Assembly (NCBI RefSeq): GCF_009914755.1
Contig: NC_060943.1
Source of the DNA: the human T2T-CHM13v2.0 reference genome, Homo sapiens
DNA length: 64,000 nt
Reading direction: 5' to 3' (one strand)
Position 1 is the stretch's first letter, and every line of letters starts with the position of its first letter. Position numbers and translations under genes: made by a program. Shown in pieces: positions 1 through 13,430 of the stretch. Under the pieces are notes generated by a model. It was not told where the DNA came from and made no database searches. It was given only the letters and a program-made list of their open reading frames with translations.

Positions 1-395
1 GCTAGAGTAGGAGAGAATAAAACACAAACAAAAATGCAGAGAATTTTCCCCACTATCTGACTTGTAGAGTTCCCTTTTATAATTTTTTGATCAAAAATAA
101 AGGGCCTATCTTAAGTATTTTTCTGACCATGCCTGGTGCACAGTTGCAGGTTCTGGGCTGCCTTCAAGTTCAGGCTGAACAAAACAGAGAAAGGAAACAA
201 ACAGAGACTCACTTCCATTTTGGCAGCATTTTGGTATCTGTTTTCCTTCTCTAATTTGCCTTCTACTTAAAAAAGATTATTCAATTTTATTTTATTTAAA
301 AACCTATGATCACTGCTCCATCTAGTCTGTCCAGGATTTTAGTTGTAGTTGGTGAGGAGGACAGAGCTTTCTCCATATTAACTAAAACTAGAACC
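1..395 (-). mobile_element. old L1M (L1ME/MD-like) 5' end fragment
   Basis: Resembles antisense old-L1 5'UTR sequence (e.g. ccaggattttagttgtagttggtgaggagg ... aactagaac); heavily diverged, recognised by eye only. Confidence 0.35.
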
Positions 396-404
396 CTGGC
401 AGCT

Positions 405-440
405 ATTCTTATCCCCATTTTACAGTCGAGAAAACTGATT
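405..440 (-). mobile_element. MIR core fragment
   Basis: atccccattttacagtcgagaaaactga matches the antisense MIR core (atccccattttacagatgaggaaactga). Confidence 0.65.
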
Positions 441-986
441 TTCTAAAATTCCATTCTGTTTCCTTTTGTTTTGTTTCTTTCTAAAATCCAATAGTACTAA
501 AAGACAGAACTAACGTTATTCTATCTCATCCCAATGCTCCTTATCTACCTACCAACTATCAGTTCAAGAAGTCAAAACCTGATTTGAAGATGTGGAACAG
601 AGACCAAATTACAGATGCCACAAGCTGACTTAGCTCCTGCCTAAGTGAGTTATGAGAGCAAGATCTCTTGCCTGGAGGTCGGGAAGCCTATATTCTACTT
701 TTTTTCTTTTTTGCCCAAATCTTTAGTCAATCCTGGTCCTATCTCAGGAAATGGGTTTTATTTGTAAAAAAAAAAAAATATATATATATATTTAGAAATA
801 TCTCTAACGATTCTCCCTCTGCTGGCATTCCATGATTAGCAGAAAATGTCATCCAGAGTCTCAGTAAAGGAAGAAACCACTGGAGACTGAGTTATATAGG
901 TATGATCCCATGCAAGATAAATGGGGCTCAAGTAGTACTCTGCTTGATGTTTAAGCAAGATTTATTAACACAGGGAAAGAGTAGGG

Positions 987-1540
987 TAGTGGCAGACAAC
1001 CCTAGCTTTGTGGCTTCCAGCAGTTCTTTTTCCTTCTGGTTACATCAGCCTCAACCATTCCTCCCTTACATTCTATATTTGCATTTTTATTAGGCTGTGC
1101 CATCCTCAAGCTTGGGAGTGGACCTGAGATTGGCAAGAAAATCAGCATATTTTATCCTCCTCTTCGCCATAGAGATGGGTGCAGGGATAGCCACATGACC
1201 CACACCTATTCAATCAGAGCCTTTTGTTCTGGAAAAAAAAAAAAAAAAAAGTGAAAGAGGAGCTCGATTTCCCTGCTCTATTTAGTAAGCTGGCAAGTGC
1301 ACAGCAAATGCTCTTGATGGTCATCTTTTCCATATGAGGGAAGAGTTTCTGTAGGGTGAAGCCAATGTAGAAGGACTTGAAGCCAAGGAGATGGGGACCT
1401 ACAGAGTCTTAAAGATGTTGTTTGAGACTCTAGATTCAGCCACACCAGAAGCCAGCTCCATTTAGATTTTTCCATTTAGGTACATAATAAATTATCTTTG
1501 TGCTTAGACCAGCATGAATCGAATTTCTTTCACTAACCCT
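987..1540 (+). mobile_element. old MaLR LTR (MLT1J/K-like)
   Basis: gccacatgacc...caatcagagcc motif and 3' end aataaattatctttgtgcttagaccagc typical of old MLT1 LTRs. Confidence 0.5.
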
Positions 1541-1893
1541 GATGGATATCAGGGTGGGCTAAGGAGCTAAGTAGTATGGCACTGGGAAGAAGACAAGAAT
1601 GAACCTAGAATTTTGGGGGACTGCAGCAGAGATACTGAGAACCTTATAGCAGGGGTGGTTTGGCAGGAGCAATGTGAAATGAAGTCTATGAATAGATTTT
1701 TTGCCAGATCTTGGACTGTTTGTTTCAGAAGGCCAAGATGTTTGAATTTTTTTCTTGAAGACAAAGACTGAAGAGGTACCTGAGCTGGGCTGGTGCAGCT
1801 TCAGCTTTTCAGAGAATGCAAGTTAATGTGGCAGCAAATCTTTTACAGAGAACTGATCAGAGATCCCCCAAAAGTAAGGGGTGAGTTAGTCAT

Positions 1894-2327
1894 TGATATG
1901 GTTTGAATCTGTGTCTCCACCCAAATCTCATGTCAAATTGTAATTCCCAGTAGTGGAGGTGGGGCCTGGTGGAAGGTGATTGGATCAAGGAGGTGGATTT
2001 CTTGTGAATGGTTTAGTACCAATCCCTTGGTGCTGTTCTCATGATAGCGAGTGAGCTCTTGCAAGATCTGGTCGTTTGAAAGTGGAGCATCTTTCCCCTC
2101 ACTCTCTCTCTCTCCTGCTTCTGCTTCTGCCATGTAAGACGTGCCTGTTTCCCTTTCACCTTCTGCCATGATTGTAAGTTTCCTGAGTCCTCCTTGGAAG
2201 TCAAGCAGTTTCCAGCATCATGCTTCCTGTACAGCCTGCTGAACTGTGAGCCAATTAAACTTCTTTTCTTTATAAATTACCCAGTCTCAAGTATTTCTTT
2301 ATAGCAATGTGAGAATGGACTTATACC
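1894..2327 (+). mobile_element. MST-family (MSTA/MSTB) MaLR solo LTR
   Basis: Starts tgatatggtttgaatctgtgtctccacccaaatctcatg, ends gagaatggacttatacc; perfect 5-bp TSD gtcat at 1889-1893 and 2328-2332. Confidence 0.93.
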
Positions 2328-2449
2328 GTCATTGATTGCTCTAGCTCTGCTGTTAGCAGTGCCCTAATTGACAAAATCTTGCACCAGGTGTTGCAACAAT
2401 GGCTTCATCTCAGGCAATCTGGAAAAAAATCAACATTTTCACTTGAAAC

Positions 2450-2660
2450 CTGTGGAGCCCAAGGACCCAAATTCTAGTCCCACCCAAATCTCACCCTTAC
2501 TAGTTCTGATCATCTTGAGATAAGTATTAATTTGGTGTTAGTTTCCTCAGCAATCTCTAGTTTGTGTTTGTTTTAATAATAATGACTGTCCCATTTAGTT
2601 GGTGTGGCCCTTTGAATGTGAAATGAAATGATCTCTGTGAAAAGGCTTTGGGAACTTGGA
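2450..2660 (+). mobile_element. MIR relic
   Basis: cttactagttctgatcatcttgagataagtattaa...gtttcctca resembles MIR body. Confidence 0.45.
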
Positions 2661-2844
2661 GAGTTAAGCCAGTCCAAGGGAAAGTCACTCGAGAGATGCT
2701 TGAAATTCTTGAGTCCTGCGCACTGTAGATTTTCTGCTTTCAAAGAGCTTTGCCCCTGCTCTACGTCATCCTGAAGTGGAAAGTGGTTTCAATTCCATTA
2801 AATCGAAGAAAAGGCAATTGGAGATCCTAAATTGGTCATGGCTG

Positions 2845-2925
2845 CCCTGGGAGGTAGTGAGCTCCCCACCACAGGGAGGATTTAAGCATCTAAATAAATA
2901 CCTGTTAGAGGGGCTATGGAGATTT
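2845..2925 (+). mobile_element. L3/CR1 (or MIR3) 3' fragment
   Basis: gaggtagtgagctccccaccacagggaggatttaagca resembles the L3/MIR3 3' motif gaggtagtgagctccctgtcactggaggtgttcaagca. Confidence 0.5.
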
Positions 2926-4885
2926 CTCTTTCCTTTGTAGAAAGCGATTCATAACAGGCTCTGTTTTGGGTGCTAAGGTCTGGTCTGTCCGGTTCGTTAA
3001 TTCTCAGCAGGGTGACTTCCCATTTGTAACCTGTGCAATATCATTGTCCCTTTAAAGAAATTCAAAGTGTGCTGTTTCGCGACAGGTTTGCTGTTGTTAT
3101 TTAGTACTTTTTTGAATTTTCAAAAGCCTGTCTCTCCCTCTGCTTTTCAATACTACCATCTCCAGCCTTCTGGTTCACAAAATCCAAACACATTGTCCTG
3201 CATAAGTAATAATGAAGAAATCTACAAGAAAAGATTTGTGGCATTTGCTAATCAGTTTAATAATGGAGGATATTTCCACCACATTATATGGAGACAAATT
3301 AAAAGGGCAAGGAGAGCTCCCAGAAATCATCTGTTCGTGTTAACAAAGTGAATATTAATGAAAAACAAAATTGAGTTCCTCTTGAGTCTGATTTTCATCA
3401 AATCATACAGGTATTAAAAAATAGCTATAGAAATCCTATCCATTAGTAGTTAATTCAAAATAACTTTGGCCTCTGCTCTATTTTTGACTATTACCCCTCT
3501 CATGGGCAGAGAAGCCAGTCACCTTGCTGGACCCACCGTGCCATGAGGATCAATAATGGAGCTAATTTAGTTCTTTATGGACCAAATATCTAGACAGTGG
3601 AAATGGGAATTAAGTTAATGATGCCCATGGATGGGAAGAGGGGCAAGAGGGGCACCAGGGAGCACTTTGCTTGTTTCCTCTGGTAACCAGGTTCGGGTTG
3701 CCCAGATGACCAATGTTCTAAATCCTACAGAACTCAGACACCTTGCAGAGACCAATATGGCCTTTCCAGGAGAGGGGTCATGCCCAATGGCTTGTGTCCA
3801 CCTTCTGGGCCTCTCTCTGCCTTTGCCCTGCCCTAAGTGGCCCAGCAGGGGTGCAGCTCAGGATGAGGAAGGGTCTGAAATGCCATGGGCTCACCCAGCT
3901 ATCAACAGTGAGGTGCTGGGGAGTGCCTCCAAGAGGGGCCCAACATAACTCACTGGAGACTGCCACTAGTACTCCCCTTTGCGGGTGGACGGAAGGTTAA
4001 TGGTGATTCCCATATTATAATATTAGGACACATTTGAGATTTGTGGGGAAAGAAAAGGGCCGGGAGGGAATTAACAGCTTCTGGTGAGAAAGAGGCAAGG
4101 ACCCTTGGTGTGTACAGGCTCTCAGGCCAGCTCCAGGACACTTGGAGTCTTTAGGGAGAAGGGAAGGTGCCAGGAAGAAGAAGGGAAAATATGGGTATAA
4201 GCAAAACACTTGGGAAGAACCTGAAGGCAAACATGGCCAGACTGCATGTGTGTGCTGAGGGCTGACCACTTTATCTACAGTGTGACTCTCCTACCTCGGC
4301 GATGTCGAGAAAAGCTGTGTTCACTCCAGCCAGCTTCTATTACTTATCACATCTGACATGGCCAGAACCTGGGAGGAGCTGGCTGTAGCCCCTGAGGTAT
4401 GGTCAGGATACCAGGATACGGCTCTCTGAAGCTCCTTGCTGCATCCCATGTCCTCAGAAGATACCATCAGAGAATGGTCCTGTCCAGGAGGAAATGTCTC
4501 TGGAACTCTCTCTCCAACAAAATAGAAGGCCACAGAATGCCAGCATCATGCTGTGTTTGTGTGGAAGTGATACAGGCTCCTCTCCATAGGACTCAAGTGA
4601 GTCCCTTGGGCTGGACTGGGACCAGAACTAGTTCTTGGTCCCTCCTCCTTGCTTCAAGTACCTGGGCCAGATGGATGGACATAACTACTACTTCCTGACA
4701 GCCACCCTAGGCTCCGAGCTCTCTCTGTGGACCAGTTTCCTGGGCTGACTCATGGTTTTTCTGTTTGCCTGTAACATAGGACTTACATGCTTGCCTTGCA
4801 CAGGACTTTTGACTTGAGTCCCAGCTTTTAATAGCTTCTGCCTCAGCTCCCTCCAGTGTTCGGATTCTGTTTCTCAATAGCCAGG

Positions 4886-5290
4886 AATAGTTAGGAATGC
4901 TTTCAGCTGCAAGGAAAAGAAAACCAACAAAGGGTTCAGAAACACAGGAGGCTTGTTTTACTCATACAGCAATTATTCTGGTTACAGATATTTCAGTGCA
5001 TCAACAATGCCATCTGCACGGTCTGTTTTTCTCCTCCGTCCTCCTCAGCTCATTGGTTTTATTCTCATGTTTGCGGCCTTGTTGTTGCAAGATGGCTGCT
5101 CAACCATCAGGTGTCACATCTACATTTAACGCAGGAAAAAGAGAGAGAAGGGCAGTGGCAATTGCCTTTTCCATCCATCTGGGGATGTAGCTTTTCCATC
5201 CATCTGGGGAAACAAAGACTCCCTTGACAGACAGGCACCTCTCTACTGGCTAAGGTTGTTGGGGACCAACCATGCAGTGGCTGGATTTTC
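4886..5290 (-). mobile_element. old MaLR LTR (MLT1K/L-like)
   Basis: agttaggaatgctttcagctgcaaggaaaagaaaacc and caagatggctgct...tcacatc are typical antisense old-MLT1 motifs. Confidence 0.6.
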
Positions 5291-6239
5291 CTAGAGCCAG
5301 TCCAGTTCTGGTATGTACAGGACACTTATTGCAAGAATATACTGAGTGTCAGGCCCTATCTTAGGCTTTTGGGGGAAGGAGGGGACAGAGGTTAATGGAT
5401 GGCAAGCTCATTTTCACGGTAGCCTGGGAGAAACTATGGATAAGAATGCTGCAGACAACATTGTCCTCCTCCTGTCAAATGCTGCCAATCCTTAACTAGT
5501 GAGGGTGAATGGTCTGACCTTAGGGCATGACTAGGTTCAATGCCCCTGATGACTACTGGTGGGGAAGAGGACAGAGATGCCCAATACTGGACCTGGCTGT
5601 GTCACTTCAAGTCTGCCTGGTGTGAATGCCCCCCGTCTTCTTCCAACTGTCTGCTATGCAGGGTGAGAGGTCGGCCCAGCCCCCTCTCTACCCAGACGGC
5701 CTTGCCAGCCCACATCTTGCATTCAGACCCGGCTCTGAGGGCAGCGGGCAGGCAGTCACCACCCTCCAGATGACCAATTCAAAACACATGGGGACCTTTG
5801 CAAGCCCTTGGAAGACATGCTATTTCTCTCTGCCTGCATAATTGTTGAGAAGGAAGCCAGAGACGGTGTTCTAATTAATTAGAGAAGGTATTTGAGGATG
5901 CCACTGTGTGCTGGACTCAGGACCAGAATCCAAATGTCCCACTTATCTGCCTCCACCACTGCGACCCTGAGCTGCCCCTCTCCTTCCCTGCATTCGTATT
6001 TGTGTGTAAACTGCAGCTTGTGACCGAAGCCTTATTAGTTGGTCAAAATTTTACTTTTAAATGGACCATTAACCTACTCAGAAACCAAAGCACACTGGTA
6101 ATGTAATACCTCAGCCTCCTGTCGGGCCTCAGAGTGAACCAGGTCAGAAACGACGTCTATTTCTCTCCATTATCCCACAGATATCCGGAGCACGTTCTCA
6201 CCCACAGGACTTCTCAGTCTGGAAAGACTTTTCCCATGC

Positions 6240-6335
6240 AGTTTGTTAATCCAAGCTGTGCCATTGACTTGGACAAGTCACTTTGCTACCCTAAGCCTCT
6301 GAGTCCCCATCAACAAAATGGAACTAGCTGTTTTA
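6240..6335 (+). mobile_element. MIR fragment
   Basis: gacttggacaagtcacttt...cctctgagtccccatcaacaaaatgg resembles MIR core. Confidence 0.55.
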
Positions 6336-7099
6336 TTAAAAAAAATAAGTAAATCTCGTTGACCATCAGGGAGGTGACAAGTCACAGAGCTGAAACGAAG
6401 GTAGCTTGGATTCCACTCCATTCTGGGTTGGGAAGTTGGGTGCTTCCCACTGGGCAGTTCTTGAAGCTCCCTTCTCTGAAAGTGGGGATGAAGACATGGA
6501 TAAAGGTCCTTAAGACATAAGAGCTCCTTCCAGTCTCGTGGGTCTTCTCGGCAGAACCCTTGCTTGGCTGGAATTCCATCCACTCTCTGCAAGGCATAAC
6601 TTCCTGTTTCCTAGGGAGAGGGGCTTATAAAAAGGCATAAAAATGAGGCTTCTAAAGACATCCTGGACGTCAACTAGATGTTGCAAAATTACATTTTGAT
6701 GAGTTCAGTGTAAATGAACCAGAAACATATGGATTCAATTTCCCTTGGAATCCACATGGGTTTAAAAACCAAGGGGGCGGGGGAGAATGCATTTGGGGAA
6801 GAGCATTTTAGGTCTCACCAAAATCCCCGCATTTGTAAACAGCAGTTTGAGGTTTATGATGATTGCGTCCCGGGCTGGGTTCCTTTCCTAATAATAGAAT
6901 GTACAGGATGTCTTGCAGCAGCCTCACAAAATGCTTTCAGGGAAAAATACCCAAACGCTGCCCTCTCCCTGTGCTCCTGGGTTCTATGGAACTCTGCGAT
7001 GGCCTCCCAGATTTCCTGCCCTGGGTTTGACCCCATAAGTACCCTCTTTGCTCCTTCTGCTTCTGCAAAAATAGCATCCCAATCAGGTCCACACAATCA

Positions 7100-7297
7100 G
7101 TGACTGTCAAGTGCCAGGTTTATCCTAGGGATTTCAGCAAGTGCTACATTTAGTAAGGTGGGCAGCACCACCCCTGCTTTAAAATAAGAGAATCGAAGTC
7201 CAGGACATTCGGCCCAAGGCTGCTTAGCTGGTAGGTGCCAGGGTTGGCATGGGAGGCCAGGGCTTCTGAACTGAAGTCTGGAGATCTTTCCACCATA
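7100..7297 (-). mobile_element. MIR
   Basis: gcccaaggctgcttagctggtaggtgccaggg...tctgaactgaagtctggagatctttccacca is a diverged antisense MIR. Confidence 0.55.
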
Positions 7298-8510
7298 AAG
7301 GATGCATTTCTATTCCTCAGTTTCAGAGAAGGCTAAGAAAGGTATCTGTTTATCTGGAACTGCTGTAAGGTGGTCTACCAGGAGGCTGGAGGAGGGGCTA
7401 ATGCAGCCATTTTCATGGTGGTCCCAGAGAAGTGCTTGGAATTCCCCATGGTTCCTTGGGGAGTTCCCTGGGAGAAGGAATAGAAAAGCTGAGAGAAAGA
7501 ATAAACTTACTGAACCCCCAGGCCCCTGCTCCCATCTAGGGAAACTTGCTCTCCTCTGTTCTACCTATTGAGCTTTCAAATATGTATTTGATTATAGGAA
7601 GTTTCACAGTTTAAGTTTCAAAATCATGGATCCTGAGGATTTTTGGTGGCCCCCCTTTTCCCTCCTGCCAGTCAATGGGTTAGTGTTGGCTTCTTGTCTG
7701 CTTTTGTGCTGGGGGGTTCTGTACCCACTATCAGATGGGATTGCTGGAACTGTGGATGGACCCACAGAGCCCTTTGAGGGATGCTTTCGTGCTCAGTCCT
7801 CTGACCAGGCAGGAGGCAGAAATGCAGGATGGGACCCTGCCTCCAGCAGACTTGAAATCTGATTTTGTTGAAAAGACAAAACCCGCTTCCAGAAGTCACC
7901 TTGGAAAGATGACCATGTGAGATAATGGGCAGGCTGGTTCTGGGCATGGGAGACTCCAGCCCTGTACAGCCATACACTAATCAAACAATGGCCCAATAGA
8001 AGGCAGTTGGATGGGCCAGAGCTTTGGAGGTAGTGCTTCTGAATGACTTGGACCAGAGCACAGAAGGGACAGAGACTTCCTGGCTCTCAGCTGATGGAAG
8101 GAGCCACAAGACTCCACTGTATTGGGTCTCCCAGGGGAAGAGCTGCCTGGCCCCGCCTAGGTACATCCTGCAAAGCACAGCCAGGATGGAGATGGGCTGG
8201 AGGAGCCATCTGATTCTTATTAGGCTGTGCAACTTTCTTTATTGGCAAACAGTCTGTCAGCAGCTTCTTCCTGCAGAGCGGCCCAGATGTGCTTACAAAG
8301 CGTTCTGTGTCCTTCCCGTCCACACCCAGCCCCCGCGCGCATTGCCACTTTGCCAGACTTCGTCCTGGTCCCAGGAGTCCAGCTGTGGCCAAAGCAAGGC
8401 TTAGTCAGGAGCCTGAGGAAAGAGGCTCGCCCCTCTGGGTGGCCTCATGCCAGCCACCCCTCGCTCCATGTGCATGGGTCTCATTCCCCCTCAAGGTGCA
8501 GGAGGTGCCC

Positions 8511-8568
8511 TGGGTGGGGTTGGGGGGGGGGCCTGGCCTCACTCCTTGGGGTGGGGGTTGGGGTGGGG
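8511..8568 (+). other. G-quadruplex-forming G-run cluster
   Basis: gggtggggttgggggggggg and ggggtgggggttggggtgggg each give four or more G3+ runs with 1-2 nt loops. Confidence 0.7.
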
Positions 8569-9729
8569 CAGACAGAACCCTGCCATGAACTTATGTTTGC
8601 ACATGTTCATCTTCAACTTGCCATACTACTAGGGTGGCTTTCATCTGTTATTGGGTCTAAATCTCCTCTCTGAGAATTCTCATGGGAGAACCACAGAAAA
8701 CAGGAGGGCTGCTGGCCTCTCATGGGTGTTCAATAGGAGGGCTGACCTCAGAATTCACTCCCATGATTGTCCAAGTGGCCTCCCCATGTCCCTCTTAAGA
8801 GAGTTCAGTCTCAAGCATGTTTCTCCCCTTGAGAAGCTGGAAAACTGGTGCAAAATTGTGCCTAAGCATACCACGGCCTGGGGGATATTAAATGTTTGGA
8901 ACAATTAAAGTCCCATTACATGAATGTCCATGGACTGTTTTCCTCCCATCCCACACATATTGTCTTTCTTTAGGTCACAGAATCCTGAATTTCCCTTGGG
9001 GGAACCATGCTCCCTTGACTGTCATACCCTGTGGTCATATGAACCAACGCATTCCCTTTCTTTACCTATGTTAGTCTCGCCTGCCTCTCCCACCACTTAT
9101 GGCCAAGGCTCTAGATGGATTCAGGGCCCCATACCCACCATTGACACTGGCCTGCCTTTTCCTGGTCATTCTTGTGTGTAAGTAACCCTAATGAAGAAAA
9201 ATGAAGTGAGGCGTGGGTAATTTTCCTTCTTGCATCTCCTGTGTTCTTCCTTAAGTCCTTCAAGTCTACATGAAGTTTCTCTTCTTTTCTTTTTTTTTTT
9301 TTTCCGGACTGTTCTGATGATCATAAATGAGGATGCATACTTCAGCCACAAACTTACTTCATGTCTGATGTTATCAGCCTTAGAGATACCCTTGCCTATG
9401 CCTTCTTGCTTAGAGGGGAAACAGGTCTGGAAAGAAGACAGGAGTTCTCAGGGTCATCCAGAAAGCCCACAGCCAAAGAAGACTTTCAGAAGCTGCATTG
9501 GTTGCAAAGCATCACCTTACCAGCAAAGGCTATTACCTGCTCAGATGTCACCCCAGATCTCACCAAGCCACCCTTCTTGGTCCAAAAGTGCTCTACTGTG
9601 AATGTAGTCTTGTAGGAGTCTTGATGATGAACTCCTCACCATCCATCCTCTCTGATTTGATAAAAGTAAACCAATTGTGAAAATTAACCTCAGCTCCCAA
9701 GACATTCATTGGCATAGAAAGAGAAATAG

Positions 9730-10115
9730 GTCTTCCTTATGGCCAGTGAGACTTAAGTCAGCCAGGAGTGGGGCAGAAGATAAGGGGCTTCTACAAAAGG
9801 TTCCCTTGCTCCTAAAAGGAGATATAAGAGAGAGGCAAACCCTTTCTTCTTCTGGACCTTATTATTTCTACATGTGACTTTTGTACATTGAGAGCCAGCC
9901 ATCTTGAGACTCGAGGAAAGTGATCTTGACACCAAAATCTGGGTGTGCTGGGAGGACAGAACGGTGCGATGAAAGGTCCCTGGGCAATGAGGACTCCCTG
10001 AGTGACAAAATCATCAAACTCCAGAGTCCTGGCTGTTTCTGGACTTCTTATTTTATGGGATATAAAAGTTCTTATTGTTTGAACCAGACAGAATGGGGGT
10101 ATCTTCTTCTTTGGT
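9730..10115 (+). mobile_element. old MaLR LTR fragment (MLT1-like); a possible 5' part lies at ~8930-9130
   Basis: cagccatcttgagac and ctggacttcttattttatgggatataaaagttcttattgtttgaacca are typical MLT1 3' motifs. Confidence 0.5.
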
Positions 10116-11585
10116 ACTGGAGTTGCTCTGGTCAGAGTAAGAGACCATGTGCCTTAGTCAGCATTACAGGGCATGGGCATTTACAGCATGAATTGCCATC
10201 TTTATTGACCTTTGTCTCTCTCTCTGCCTCTTTGCTCTTAATCTATGGCCTGCCTCTCCCCCGTGTGATAGCTGTTAGAGCTGTGAGGAGCCTTAAAATC
10301 TTCATCTGGTTGGGGTAGCTGAAGTTCAGAGGGAGGAAGGGACTTAGGGGCTTGCTCACGATGCATAGAAAGTGTGGATCCAGCAGGAGAACTCAGGTCT
10401 TTCTTGCCCAGCTCTAAGCTTTCTCATATTGCTCAGCTGTTTGCTGTCCTGCTCTGTCTGTCTCTCTGTGTCTCCTCCATACACCTCCTCAGGTCTCCTT
10501 CTCTTTCTGTCTCCTCTGCCCGAGATAAAGGGACCCCTTCACTTAGAGCTGGATGGGGCAGCTCTGCTGGGGACTAGGGGGGTCCGAAGGAGCCTGTGCT
10601 AAGGAAACAAGCTGGTGTTGCTGGAAACTATGTCTAGATGGTCACAGAGCAGCAGGATGGGGCACTGGGATTCTGCGTGAATGGCCATCAGGTGGCGGGA
10701 CGCATGGACGGCTCACCAGCCTTGGGAACTGGCAGTGCTGCATGGCCCAGCTCACGGAGAAGGCTCAGCTGTGGCTCCTTCCTAAGCCATCCTGCTTCCC
10801 ACTGACTTGGAGAGACAGCCGGTTGGTGCGGGGTTTGTGTGGGTTTATTTACTCTTAATAACAAGCTTATATTTTAGATATTCCCCCTGGGTATTTCTGC
10901 TCATTTGGGCTTCAGTACAAAACCATGAATCCACACACAAAATGTGTGGATCTGAAAATTAGGATTACACCCCAGCATCCCACTAATAGAGGCAGTCTTC
11001 CTTTGAAGGCGCCAGGGATCTCTGTCCTGCCCTGGCTGGCCAAAGGAAAGCCACGATGGGGCCATGCTTGTTACCAGCGGGTTCTGGACGCATCCACCAC
11101 CATCAGCATCTGTTCTCCCCTTGGGTCTTCATTAATTCAGTTAAGGAAACATTTAATTAGCAACTGTTGTGGTCGGATGCAGCAGTCCATCCTGGGTAGA
11201 AGATACACAATTCCTTACTCCAGGAGCTTCCATCCATATGCGGAAGTGAGAAGGAAGAATGTATGCACACTGGGGCATGTAAAGCTCTGCCGTGGAGAGT
11301 AGAGCTGGTGGGTAAAGGAGGCCTCCAGGATCCATGTGACCCTGCCTGTGGTCAGAAGACTGGTTAAGAAGGCTTCCTCGAATGGGTTCTCAGCTCCAAA
11401 CTCACGCATGCCTGCAGTCCAGTTTCTACCGGAAAAGTTGTTCCTACTCTCAACAATTCCACCTGAAGCCCTCTCACCTAACCTCCGGCCTGCTCCCAAC
11501 CCTCCCTGCACAACCAATGAAAGCTGGCCTCAAGTACCACCAAGAAAAGCAGAGGCCTTGTAAGGAGTCTCATTTTCTTCCCCTA

Positions 11586-11599
11586 CCACCAGATGGCGC
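11586..11599 (+). promoter_or_regulatory. CTCF core motif
   Basis: CCACCAGATGGCGC fully matches the CTCF core consensus CCRSYAGRKGGCR, with CpG retained; binding not shown. Confidence 0.65.
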
Positions 11600-11649
11600 C
11601 CCAGCTTGGCCTCCGCACTGATGGGACTCTGAGAGAGGAAGCGTCCCTC

Positions 11650-13430
11650 TTCATGTCTAAGGCCAATCCCTCCCCATGCATCCTCAATCCCATCTCTCTC
11701 TTGTTCTCAAGGCCATGGCCTCATTCGGGGTCCCCTCTGGCACCTTGCAGGGTGGATATTCTACCCCCTTGGACCATGCCCATCTACCTACGAACACCTT
11801 CACTCTCCACCCCACCCTAATCCAGTTTGCATCTCGCCACACTGTCAAATATTCATTTGGTGAATGTCCCCAGTAACCTCCATGACGTCCACCAATCCAA
11901 TAGATGTTTTTTGTGTGTTTCCTTAGATGGAAATCCTACTCCCACCTTATGCACACGCACGTTCCCTCCCTGGCTCCATGTTGGTTCAATCCCCCTCTTC
12001 CACTCAACCTCCAAATGTTGAGTTCCTAAAAACTCAGTCCTACCCACACTCTCTCTCAGGTAAGCCCACCCATTATCCCAGTTTTAACATAATGACTGCT
12101 CCCAAATGTATAGTTTTAGTCCAGACCTGGCTTGTGTATCCAACCTTGACTTTTCTTATTTCACTCTGGCTGTGTGGCAATCCTATCAAGATTACCACAT
12201 CCGAAACTGAACTCATAACTCATAATCCAGCCCCAACCACCCCCATGTGACTGGTAGAATTCTAAGACATCCCCAAAGTTTCTCACTCCTCTCGTGCACA
12301 TGCCCTGTATGATCCCTGGGTCTCTGAGTGCCATGGATCTTCTTTTGATGATTAGGTTATGCTATACAGCACAGTTGAGTTTAATAAAGGGAGATTATTC
12401 AGGTGGGACTAACTTAATCCAGTGAGAACTGTAAAAGTAGAGAGATTTCTCCAGTTGGTGGCAGAAGAGTTCAGAAAAACTCAACTCAAAGGAGGTTTTT
12501 AGTGCTGTTGATGAGGCTCCAGGAGTGGCCTCTAGGAGCTGAGCATGATCTGTGGCCTGGAGCGGTAATCAGATTGAGACTTCTGTCCTACAACCACGAG
12601 AAGCCGAACTCTGACAACAATAGTGAGCTTCAAAGAGAACTCTCCAGATGACAACCACAGCTTGGCTGACACCCTGATGGAAGCTCCATGAGACCCTGTG
12701 CCCAGAGACTGACCGATAGAAACCGTGAGCTCATACATCTGTGTTGCTTTAAGTCATGAGATTTGTGATAAATTGCTTTGCAACAATACAAATTAACATA
12801 TTTCCCTATAGCTTTTCATCTCAGTAGACATCACCATCATCCACCACATTGGTTAAGACAGATATCCTTGAGTTTTTCCTTTCTCTTACTCCCACATCCA
12901 ACTCCTCAGCAAGTCTTCCCTCTTCTGTTTTAAAAACTCGTCTTGAACCTCTCTATTTCTCCCCATCTTAGCTGCTCCCATCCTTCCTCAGACTCTATTA
13001 CACTTTGCCCCATCACTATAGCAGGTGTTCACCTCCATACCAGGGTGATTCAATCCATTTTCCATTCAGCAGCCAGAATGCTTTTCTGAAACCATCAATT
13101 GAATCATGTTATCTCCTATTTAAAATCCATCAGCACCTTCCTGCTACATACACATCAGGTGACATCCAAGCTTCTCACTGCATTCTACAAAGTTCCCAAG
13201 GACCTGGCCCCTGCCTGTGTCTACAAACTCATTTCATACCCTCTCCCTCTTGGCCTGGCAACACCAGTTATTTCCTTCATAGCACACATCACAAGTGTAA
13301 CTTAGCTTATTTAAGTGGTGTGTGTGTGTGTGTGGGCGTGAATGGGTAGGTGTTTATCTTTTTCTACTAGACTGTAGACTCCATGATGGCTGAGATCATT
13401 TCTGTTTGTGTTAACCATTATCATATACAG
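11650..13430 (+). mobile_element. L2 3' region, split by an MLT1E-like LTR
   Basis: L2 hallmarks: aaactgaactcat (~12204) and tagactgtagactccatgatggctgagatcatttctgtttgtgtt (~13368-13412); resumes after the LTR. Confidence 0.75.
12246..12800 (+). mobile_element. MLT1E-like MaLR LTR
   Basis: 5' tgtgactggtagaattctaagac; internal aagggagattattcaggtggg and ctctaggagctgag; 3' gttgctttaagtcatgagatttgtgataaattg. Confidence 0.8.
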
